Under the pieces are notes generated by a model. That model worked only from the letters and a program-made list of their open reading frames with translations, was not told the origin of the DNA and searched no databases. This document shows positions 48,325 to 56,556 of a stretch of DNA of 64,000 nucleotides, one piece after another (positions within the stretch are counted from its first letter, which is position 1; each line of letters begins with the position of its first letter). Location of the stretch: IMG/VR virus record IMGVR_UViG_3300049020_000031, positions 77,501-141,500 of that record; one strand, given 5' to 3'. Both the position numbers and the translations under genes were made by a program. Source of the DNA: a virus.

Positions 48325-48682
48325 AGGTCATGTTGTTACACAGTTGACCGAACTATGAATCAGGCCGCGATGGCTTGATTGTAGGAATTATCGTTTGCAG
48401 ATAAAAGTTTCGCATCCTTAACGACGTCGCATGTCGTGTTGTCAAGCTCCGATATCTCGCCGAGTCGATAGCCAGTTCACCCCCATCACAAGCGCTCTAG
48501 CGTTCCAAACTGCCTCAGCGAGAGTTGAACTCGCCCGCGTCTACATCGCAACAACTTTGACCCCGTAAGCGCCGGAATCGAACCGACGTGCTGGAGCGCT
48601 TGTGGTGGAGGTGGGGAGAGTCGAACTCCCGTGTTCGCCGCCTTCACTTTACCATCTGGTGGGTGATCCCACCTACAACAAT
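48325..48682 (-). ncRNA. ssrA: Two-piece (circularly permuted) tmRNA, tag (A)ANDNSYNQAIAA
   Basis: Acceptor piece ends GGGAG TTCGACT CTCCC CACCTCC A CCA (48603). Coding piece starts GGGGGTGAACTGGCTATCGAC (48484), giving G3.U70. Tag ORF GCA AAC GAT AAT...GCG GCC TGA at 48360-48398. Outer ends approximate. Confidence 0.9.
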
Positions 48683-48689
48683 TTCAATT

Positions 48690-48718
48690 AGTATAACACC
48701 ATGATATTTACACCGCAA
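48690..48718 (-). promoter_or_regulatory. Sigma70-like promoter of tmRNA
   Basis: TTGCGG-17-TATACT. Confidence 0.65.
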
Positions 48719-48847
48719 GTCATAAATCCAACCAATTTAAAAGACTGTCAAGTGCGGGAATGAGTACCATGATTATGATGAATATAACCAAGATCAAGGC
48801 AATGAAGTCAAACCACCCAGTGGGTGGTTTACTGCCATCAGGATGAT

Positions 48848-49192
48848 TCACTTTACCACCAGAGTTGAATTGGAACAACAATCTACCAACTTATCGTAGA
48901 CGTCTGGCATGACGTTTATACACCCGTTTGTTATACTCTTGCGCTGACGCGGATCACTGCTTTGTAGACGCTCAATGCGTCTTTGGCTGGGGCTAAGGGT
49001 CCATACGCGATGTATCGCCATGATTGAATCCCTGTCTTCATGGAATTTCAATACGTCTCCACCGTATCCCTTCATATCAGTAGTTCGCTGAATGAGGGAG
49101 AATTCACCCCTAGGAGTTGTGGGACCAACTAAGGCAGGATAGCACTGCCCCAGAAAGCAGATAGTAGCTAGGGCTAAATCAACCGTTACCAT
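48848..49192 (-). CDS. L,D-transpeptidase (YkuD)-like protein
   Basis: ALVG..TPRGEF, AIHRVW, SITNGCINV catalytic His/Cys pattern. Confidence 0.75.
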   Translation of the reverse strand: MVTVDLALATICFLGQCYPALVGPTTPRGEFSLIQRTTDMKGYGGDVLKFHEDRDSIMAIHRVWTLSPSQRRIERLQSSDPRQRKSITNGCINVMPDVYDKLVDCCSNSTLVVK

Positions 49193-49246
49193 GAGTACTC
49201 CAAAGCAAAGACCCCTGGTAACAATAACCAAGAGCCTTTAATTCGA

Positions 49247-49645
49247 TCACTCGCGAATCTTCTTTGGAGAAACTTCCACTTCACGGATTTCACGGATGAT
49301 TTGTGGAGGAGATTGAATCACCTGTGGTTGAACTGGAGTAGCGACTACTGGTTTGAAAAACAAGTATTCACCACGGCCAAGTCGAGGTTGCCACACGTAG
49401 CCATCACATCGGATCGCACCACCGACATTCGTGCAAGGGACTTCCACTACACGAGGCCAGATGCTCGCTGCCGTGGGCGAACCAGGCAGGTATTGTGGAG
49501 CATGAAACACGTTGTTGTCAACGAGTGTTGCATTCTCCGGACCTGTGGCGCCGGGAGTACCGGAACCATAGGGCTGGTTGTTGATCGTTTGGGCGCCCAA
49601 GGAACCCACCATCAACGCCATAAAAATGCCCAATACGGTTTTCAT
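49247..49645 (-). CDS. Secreted hypothetical protein
   Basis: Signal peptide; HAPQYLPG.PTAASIWPRV.EVPC....CDGY.W.P.LGRGEYL. Confidence 0.7.
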   Translation of the reverse strand: MKTVLGIFMALMVGSLGAQTINNQPYGSGTPGATGPENATLVDNNVFHAPQYLPGSPTAASIWPRVVEVPCTNVGGAIRCDGYVWQPRLGRGEYLFFKPVVATPVQPQVIQSPPQIIREIREVEVSPKKIRE

Positions 49646-49657
49646 GGTGGTGTTCCT

Positions 49658-50413
49658 TTACTTTGCGCGACCAGCGATGTAGGGGTCGCTCATATTAGCA
49701 CCAGCAAAGCTAGCTGGAACTGTTTGAGCGCGCCACGCCGTAGGGGCCACGGTGCCTTGAGCTGGAGCTTCCGCAACTGGACGGTTTGCACGAGCTTGTT
49801 CGGTTTGTGGGCAGACGAAGCCGGTCAGTTCCAGAGCAGTCTTTGCATCTGGATCCATGCAGTCCATGGCCAGGCTTGCGGCCTTCATGCCCTTGTTCCA
49901 TAGTTCGCGGCTCATCTTGATACGCTTGCAATGTTCGTCAGCGTAAGTGGAACCACCACCCAGACCGAAACCTGCCACCGACACAGCACCGCTGGCAGAG
50001 CCCATGCAGGTGTCGTTGCTGGAAGTTAGGTTGGGAGCGTTCATGGACGGGACGTTCTTCACCTTGTAGTCGCCGCTGTACACGACCTTTTCAGTACGTT
50101 CGCCACTCAGTACTTGTTCAGTACGGCCGTTCACGTTCTGGTTTTGAGTCGTTGTGCCGGAAACGTTCTGGTTCACGGTCGAGACTTCAGGCGAGTTGAA
50201 GTTGATCGAGGGGTTGAATGTCTGGTTGTTACCAGCATTCACCGCAGAGCCACCAGCACCACCGCCACCGCCTTGTGCGACTGCTTGCGAGCTCGAACCA
50301 GAGGTCACATTGGTTGTCTGGCCTTGACCGGCGAGGCCGTTGGCGACTGCCTGGGCGTGAGCACCTACGGAGAAAACCGCGGCGATTGCAAATGCGAGAA
50401 CTGTCTTTTTCAT
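49658..50413 (-). CDS. Secreted protein with Asn/Thr/Gln-rich repeats and Cys-rich C-domain
   Basis: Signal peptide AHA; NQTFN..NQNV repeats; DTCMGS.SG..S..GFG...G....DEHC.RIK. Confidence 0.75.
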   Translation of the reverse strand: MKKTVLAFAIAAVFSVGAHAQAVANGLAGQGQTTNVTSGSSSQAVAQGGGGGAGGSAVNAGNNQTFNPSINFNSPEVSTVNQNVSGTTTQNQNVNGRTEQVLSGERTEKVVYSGDYKVKNVPSMNAPNLTSSNDTCMGSASGAVSVAGFGLGGGSTYADEHCKRIKMSRELWNKGMKAASLAMDCMDPDAKTALELTGFVCPQTEQARANRPVAEAPAQGTVAPTAWRAQTVPASFAGANMSDPYIAGRAK

Positions 50414-50498
50414 GAAAACTCCTTGAGTTGGAATATAGGGGGACGGGGTGTGGGTGAACTAGAGGTCATGACTTTAGAGGCCATGACCTCCAAGCCGC

Positions 50499-51275
50499 TT
50501 AGTGGGAAGCGGAAACCTTGCCAGCAACGCTAGCGTTTGCAGCGGCGTTACCAACGCTGATGTTGGTGATGTAACCAGTAGCAGTTCCGCTGGTCATGTT
50601 AGCCGTACCAGCAAATCCGCCGTTAGATACAGCGGTTGCGCCAGCGGCGGTGTTCACGTTCTTCACGTCGCTTTGCGATGCCGTTGGGAAACCCCAGGTA
50701 ACATTGCGAACAGTGGTATTCGTGATATCTGCGGAGGCAGTAGCACCGAACGAACCACTCATGCCAGCGTTGCGAACTGCCGCACCGTTACCCACGGAAG
50801 CAACACCAGTAGCAGTCAGGGACGAGCTGTTACCAGAAACACTGCCGATCGGGCCAGTACCCGTGGTGTGGAATTCACCAACACCTTGGGCTTGCGAACT
50901 TGCGACACCAGAAGCAGCGCCGACAGCCAGGGCCGAGCCACTTTGGGTAGTGCGAACTCCGGAAGCGTTCAGGGTGAACGTGGAACCACCGGTCGATACG
51001 TTACCGTACTTGCCGTCAGTCGTAGTAACCGTTCCTGGGTTGGTGGTGATGGTTGTAGGCAAGCTACCAGCAGCACCGTTACCATTGACCGAAGTCGCTG
51101 CACGGCCTTGATTCCAGGCTTCGGAAGTTGCAGAACCAGTGCCACTTGCAGCAGCGGACGTCGCGGAATTGGACGTCAGGGAATTGGAACCTGTGGCTGT
51201 ACCACTGGAACCGTGAGCGAATGCAGTACCTGCGGACAGGGCCAGGATGGACAGCGCAATCAGAGACTTCTTCAT
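50499..51275 (-). CDS. Secreted Gly/Ser/Ala/Thr-rich low-complexity protein
   Basis: Signal peptide AFA; beta-strand-like small-residue repeats. Confidence 0.75.
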   Translation of the reverse strand: MKKSLIALSILALSAGTAFAHGSSGTATGSNSLTSNSATSAAASGTGSATSEAWNQGRAATSVNGNGAAGSLPTTITTNPGTVTTTDGKYGNVSTGGSTFTLNASGVRTTQSGSALAVGAASGVASSQAQGVGEFHTTGTGPIGSVSGNSSSLTATGVASVGNGAAVRNAGMSGSFGATASADITNTTVRNVTWGFPTASQSDVKNVNTAAGATAVSNGGFAGTANMTSGTATGYITNISVGNAAANASVAGKVSASH

Positions 51276-51636
51276 ATTGATCCTTTAATACAGCGGAATT
51301 GATGAATGATGTCACAAAGCCCGCTGACCGCTTAGTGAATCGTTTGCTTGCTTAACTTGTAAGTTTCAGCACAGCGCCAAATATATAACCTAGATTCATA
51401 AGCGCAAGTGAAATATTCGTTTAATTTGCAAATGAATGTAACAAGAACATTCTTAAACTATCACGTCTACATTCTTACAATCGTTACTTGGTCGATATGC
51501 AACTTTTCTTATCGTTGTGAATATTAAGAGTCTTCTTCTAGACAACAAAGATTTTTATTGCTGTTTTGTAAAGACGTGTAACGACTTTCGTCATATGGTA
51601 GAGGAAATATTTGCCAATGTTTCAGCCAGCCATGAG

Positions 51637-51657
51637 AAAGGGGAGCTTTGCTCCCCT
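51637..51657. terminator. GGGGAGC hairpin terminator
   Basis: aaaggggagctttgctcccct. Confidence 0.65.
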
Positions 51658-51675
51658 ACCGTAATTTCCAGAAGA

Positions 51676-51894
51676 TTAATCTGGATACACGACTGTCATT
51701 GGATCCTTCATCTGTACATCATTACATGAATGATACTTGATGAATTCAGCCGCGCCATTCATCCCCTCCAGGATGGCGTGGATTGCTCGGGCGTTTGGTC
51801 TAACGCCATCATAGACTACATCACCGAGAAAAATCACACAGACGCGATCGTCCGCTCCCTTGTCATTTCCCACGATGTGAAGTGTGTCCGACAT
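51676..51894 (-). CDS. Hypothetical protein
   Basis: AGGGGG SD. Confidence 0.55.
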   Translation of the reverse strand: MSDTLHIVGNDKGADDRVCVIFLGDVVYDGVRPNARAIHAILEGMNGAAEFIKYHSCNDVQMKDPMTVVYPD

Positions 51895-51934
51895 ATATCC
51901 CCCTGTTGTTGAAAAAAGGGGATTCTACGGCGTA

Positions 51935-52264
51935 TCAATGCTTTCTGTAAACGTGTGGTACGATGACACCAAGATCACTCAGTGTCAATTGATCGAAGTG
52001 AGCTTGTGCTTTGATAGATGATTCTTTGTCGTATTCACTGATGGAATCGATGTAGATAGCGATCTCGATATCACTCTCTTCGGTGAATTTGACCACATCC
52101 ATGATGTCACCAAGAGGGCGAATACCTCTAACCTTAACACCCAGAACTTTCTCTGCTTCTGATTTGATTCGCTGCGTGTTGCAGCTTATCGCGTCCAAGA
52201 GGTCTAAGCGGAAGCATTCAAGCTCCGTATCGGATTCGATGAGAATCAAGTCATTGAAACGCAT
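51935..52264 (-). CDS. Hypothetical, degenerate minimal nucleotidyltransferase-like
   Basis: LGD.....FTEESDIEIAI resembles GS...F...SDIDI; AAGGAG SD and TATAAATA upstream. Confidence 0.45.
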   Translation of the reverse strand: MRFNDLILIESDTELECFRLDLLDAISCNTQRIKSEAEKVLGVKVRGIRPLGDIMDVVKFTEESDIEIAIYIDSISEYDKESSIKAQAHFDQLTLSDLGVIVPHVYRKH

Positions 52265-52330
52265 AATGGGCTCCTTAGGTGACTAGGTATTTATAGCCAT
52301 CTTGCCATTATGCGATTCTTAATCAGACAA

Positions 52331-54700
52331 TCAAACAATAGAATTCTTGATCGCCGTCCTCAGTAGTGCTGCCAGTTTGTTGCTGTTTTCCTGAGTAGGA
52401 TGAATGCCATCAATAGTATTGCGTGCGTCAGAGTTGTACGCGCTGTTGAAGTTCGCAAACTTGCAATTCAAGCTGGTCGCAACCTGGGCGCATACGTTAT
52501 TGAACGCGATCACCTTATCTCTGACTTGGGTATTTCTCCCAGCAAAGATCTGACTCTGCCAATTGATATTAGGCAAACCAGTAATGATTGGAATCCTACC
52601 TTCATCAATTGCTCGATTAACCACTGCTCTGAGATCCACTTCGAAATCCTGGGCTGTGAATGTGACTTGTGGATAGGTGATGCCCATCGCGTCATTGAGA
52701 CCCACAGCGATAACCGTGTACTTACCAGCCTTGGCTACGGTTCCAAAAGGTGGCATTGGGCCCAAGGGGAATTCGGATGCCGGAGCACCGGGGTACGATT
52801 CCGCATAACCAAATCTAACCGCTTTCAAAGTGACGCCATTGGCTGAACGATTGATGAAATTCCATGTTGGTTCCAGGACAGAATTTGTATCAACCAAGTT
52901 CTTGGTGATGCCGTAACCCCTAGAGATTGAGTCACCAAACACGTCAATGACTGCTGGTGTTACTGGTGCTGTTGGCGTTGTTCCATTGGAATTGTATTCA
53001 GCCTGCGAGATCTTCCAGAAGATAGGATTATTCGTTGCACCTCTACCACCACCAGGAGTTGAATATGCGTATGACCACAGGGTGTAGTAGGCATACAGGT
53101 TACCGGTGAACAAAGACTTGTAGACTTTGTATGGTCCAGGGTTCGTAGCTGGAGCCAAACCAGCTGGGATTGGCCCACTATACATACCATAGATCAACTC
53201 AGGTTTAACACTTTGCGGTGATGACATATCGAACGTGGTAAACACGTCATCCGTCCAAGTATTGGTGGCTTGGTTGTACTCGGATGTGATATGGTAATAA
53301 CCGTAGGGATACGCAGGGCGCACTCTTTGATAGTAGATACTCTCGGTGATAACACTTGGGTTCGTGGGGAGTCCACTGAACACGTTCATACCAGGAGACC
53401 AAGTATTTGGAAATCCTTGCATGTTTGGTGCTTCTCTGTATTTCAACCTAGTCCAGACGCTACTGAGATAGATACCGTCAGCATCGACCTTGATACCATT
53501 GCCCCTAGTGGCAGCAGCGGCGGAACCTGGATTACCTGGCGCATATGGTGGTCCTGGATTAGCTGGATACGTTATGCTTGTGCCATAGGTAGAAGCCTTT
53601 GTTGTCACCAAACTACCATTACTAGTCACGCCCAATCTGGCAATAATCGGAGCCAGTCTGGCTCTAGTAGCCGCACTCATGGCAGAAACAGGAGTTCTGA
53701 GTCCTCTATCCAGTGACTTGTGCGCCAAAGAATCAGGCTTCAACTGGCTGCATCTTTTCACAGCTTCGATGAGAATCATCCTGGCGTTGTGGAAATTGAT
53801 TTCCCGGATATCATCGCGGGTTTTCATTTTCTCAGTCCAATTGTTCCCCAACGGATATGGGACACTGCAATCTTCTTCAGTAACCAAACCCAAAGTCGCA
53901 TATGCGATCTCAGCTTCCTTGGCCAGTTTGGCTTCAGGCATATCAGTCATACTCATGATGGAACATCCAGCCAATTTGAAGTTGGTGGTTTCACCATAGG
54001 TAGGCAGTGCTGGCCCATCAATACTGGCTGATGTTCCAGTGGAAAAGATGTTGGGCTTTTCGTTGGTCTTGTGGCGATTCCGCAGATTGGGTTTTACCTT
54101 TCTGTATGCGCTGTCAAGCATGTATGCCAGAGATGGGCACACGGGTTCACTCATACTCACGTGTGCGACTGCGCCATCACCAAAGAAAGTGTCACCTCGA
54201 TGGATACCAAGGTTGATCATAGTCCATGCCGTTGTCTGTTCAATATTGTGAACGCTAGTGTTGTGAGCCCAAGCTGATGATCCAAAGAAAGGAGAGCCTC
54301 GATTCTTTGTGTAATCAATGAATTGATCTGGCAAGTAGATATCATTCACTTGCACGCTTTCTTTAAGTCGTCCAACATGTGCAACACTAAACAGGTATTT
54401 CACACCCATTTGTTTGAATGCGTATATGATTGCTCGATAAGGAACTTCTGTTTCAATCCGTTCTTCGGTGTGGACTCTAGGATAGACAGACGTGCTGCCG
54501 GTGGAAGCCTTATCACGACGGGCTAGGACTACATCGACTGTGACTGATGTGTTGTTGGCATTCTGATAAGTGATACGGCCTGAATACAAGTATGTGGCTG
54601 GGCCATATGGTGTATTCATAGTTGGCAACAAGATCCAACTTGCGGCTGAGGGTGAAAACTGAAGGAGCTCTTCGTCACCGATGATTGCAATTTCTGGCAT
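52331..54700 (-). CDS. Fusion of degenerate methylthioadenosine phosphorylase (MTAP)-like domain and C-terminal SGNH/GDSL hydrolase
   Basis: VPYRA.IYA.K.MGV, PDQFID.TK.R, FFG.G.VAHVSM.EPVCP, MT.MPEAKLAKEAEIAYA; C-terminal FGDSIS, G.T, GLND, DGIHP. Confidence 0.85.
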   Translation of the reverse strand: MPEIAIIGDEELLQFSPSAASWILLPTMNTPYGPATYLYSGRITYQNANNTSVTVDVVLARRDKASTGSTSVYPRVHTEERIETEVPYRAIIYAFKQMGVKYLFSVAHVGRLKESVQVNDIYLPDQFIDYTKNRGSPFFGSSAWAHNTSVHNIEQTTAWTMINLGIHRGDTFFGDGAVAHVSMSEPVCPSLAYMLDSAYRKVKPNLRNRHKTNEKPNIFSTGTSASIDGPALPTYGETTNFKLAGCSIMSMTDMPEAKLAKEAEIAYATLGLVTEEDCSVPYPLGNNWTEKMKTRDDIREINFHNARMILIEAVKRCSQLKPDSLAHKSLDRGLRTPVSAMSAATRARLAPIIARLGVTSNGSLVTTKASTYGTSITYPANPGPPYAPGNPGSAAAATRGNGIKVDADGIYLSSVWTRLKYREAPNMQGFPNTWSPGMNVFSGLPTNPSVITESIYYQRVRPAYPYGYYHITSEYNQATNTWTDDVFTTFDMSSPQSVKPELIYGMYSGPIPAGLAPATNPGPYKVYKSLFTGNLYAYYTLWSYAYSTPGGGRGATNNPIFWKISQAEYNSNGTTPTAPVTPAVIDVFGDSISRGYGITKNLVDTNSVLEPTWNFINRSANGVTLKAVRFGYAESYPGAPASEFPLGPMPPFGTVAKAGKYTVIAVGLNDAMGITYPQVTFTAQDFEVDLRAVVNRAIDEGRIPIITGLPNINWQSQIFAGRNTQVRDKVIAFNNVCAQVATSLNCKFANFNSAYNSDARNTIDGIHPTQENSNKLAALLRTAIKNSIV

Positions 54701-56505
54701 TAGAAGTCTATGTCAATGTTATAAAGTTGTGGAGCTTCTCTCACGAGTTCTCCCATTTCTGGAGACAAGATACCTGGTGTGCCGCCCAGAGTGTCGCCAA
54801 GCAATACGCCACTGGCACATGGATTCAATTGGTTCAGTGATCTGATCATACCAGCGGTACTTTCACGGATCAACTGTTCCATTGCATCACCAATGTTCTT
54901 GATACAATTGATTGCACCATTCATCATGTCGCTCATTACTTGGCTGATCTTTGCGACGGCCGCACCAATCATTGACGTGATCTTGGCGATTGATTGGCCA
55001 ACTTGGCTTACGATACCCTTGATCTCATTGGCGATTGATCCAATCTTATCCACCATATCAGAGCCCAATTGTAGGAGGCCACCAGCAATATCCCGAATAG
55101 CAGAACAAGCGTCTTGAGTTCTTTCGCCATAATAGTTACTCGTCTGTTTGTATTGGGCGATACTCAATACCGTATTGACGGTTGGAATGTTAGTACCAAT
55201 GACTGGAGCTGCGGTCTTCGCGAATGAATATGGCATTGAAATCAATTCCTTATCACCAGCATTGCCAAACATTTGACTACTGATAGCCTGCATGTCACGA
55301 GAGAAAATACCAAAGTTGATGACCTTGTTGAACAACTCCTTGAAGTTGACAGATGATTTATAGGGTGAAACCAATATGGAATCAATCATGGAATCAAGCC
55401 CTGACTCGGCTCCAATGCACATATCCTTCAAAGGATCTTTGAGCATGTTACCCTTGCTCGCCAAATCCAACGCGGTATTCATGTACTGGGTGTTGGGATT
55501 CTTTGGAGGAAACTCATCACCATATGGCAACTGTGGTGGAAAATCTATGGATGGCTTGAATGGCTTCGGGAATGGAGTCAGAGCTGGTGGCTCGTAATCC
55601 GGATAATCCTCTGGGTTGTATTCACCCTCAAAGACGTGAATTCTGCTGGTAACCGTCAGCGCCTTCCCGGAAGGGAAATCAAAGTCGATGTATAACCAAC
55701 GACTACGATCTGCGATGAAGTTGTTAGCTAGGAAATCTGTCATGCTGACGGGAACGGTGAGTTCGCCCTGCATGGCAATTGCCTTCATTTGTTCCCCAGC
55801 CCACAAACGAGTCAGAGACGTCTTTTCGTCAGTGATTGATGTTGCGATATCCTTGACTGGAGGGGCATCGAATGCCAAATATATCTTGGCATTTTGATTT
55901 GGAGCTGACAACAGATTTACAGAAAGCTCCCACCCAACGGCAGCCTGTGGAATCATCACTCGATACGGACCAGAAGGCATATCAGAGAAACGGGAGATCA
56001 GAATGTTCTCCTCAAACTCATGCACCAATTCCGGATAGTCGGTGTTTGCTGGTGGGGATCCACCAACGCGCCAAGCTTCATACAACGCTGGATCTGAAAT
56101 CAGGAACGAGACCTTGATATTAAGGATCTTGATGTCCTTCAGCGGTCTGATTTTGAACGTGGTGGCCTTGATCAGCTTGATCGTTTCCAGCGAAGCCACT
56201 GGTGGCTTGGGATTCATTTGATCGTATCCCATAGGCCAAAGAGTTTCCTCCTTGCCCTTTTCCGGATACGTGTTGGTTTTGAGCATCACGATGCGTTCAT
56301 CGTAAGTGCTTTCCCAAGTGACCATGCTGACGCCAGGAGGAACGGCAATGTTCCATTGAACAGTGTCGCCCTGTCGCAAGTCCAAAACAGGATCATCTTC
56401 CAACTGTTTATTGGTGATGGCATCCTGCATATCGAAGACGAACGTTTTCTGTCCAGTCTTCAACTGTTTGAAATATTCAAGAGGGAGTGTGTATTGGTAA
56501 TCCAT
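54700..56505 (-). CDS. Hypothetical, probable virion/tail-associated protein
   Basis: 601 aa; beta-rich N-half, Pro-rich linker, amphipathic helical C-half; GATAAATA upstream. Confidence 0.65.
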   Translation of the reverse strand: MDYQYTLPLEYFKQLKTGQKTFVFDMQDAITNKQLEDDPVLDLRQGDTVQWNIAVPPGVSMVTWESTYDERIVMLKTNTYPEKGKEETLWPMGYDQMNPKPPVASLETIKLIKATTFKIRPLKDIKILNIKVSFLISDPALYEAWRVGGSPPANTDYPELVHEFEENILISRFSDMPSGPYRVMIPQAAVGWELSVNLLSAPNQNAKIYLAFDAPPVKDIATSITDEKTSLTRLWAGEQMKAIAMQGELTVPVSMTDFLANNFIADRSRWLYIDFDFPSGKALTVTSRIHVFEGEYNPEDYPDYEPPALTPFPKPFKPSIDFPPQLPYGDEFPPKNPNTQYMNTALDLASKGNMLKDPLKDMCIGAESGLDSMIDSILVSPYKSSVNFKELFNKVINFGIFSRDMQAISSQMFGNAGDKELISMPYSFAKTAAPVIGTNIPTVNTVLSIAQYKQTSNYYGERTQDACSAIRDIAGGLLQLGSDMVDKIGSIANEIKGIVSQVGQSIAKITSMIGAAVAKISQVMSDMMNGAINCIKNIGDAMEQLIRESTAGMIRSLNQLNPCASGVLLGDTLGGTPGILSPEMGELVREAPQLYNIDIDF

Positions 56506-56556
56506 GATAGAATCTCGTATGTGGGATTATTTATCGCACAAAAGTGCTGATTCCAA

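Noticed and set aside
49301-51302. Long plus-strand ORFs (49301-49903, 50502-51302, 50596-51111)
   Set aside because: Antisense shadows of GC-rich minus-strand genes that have clear signal peptides and SD sites.
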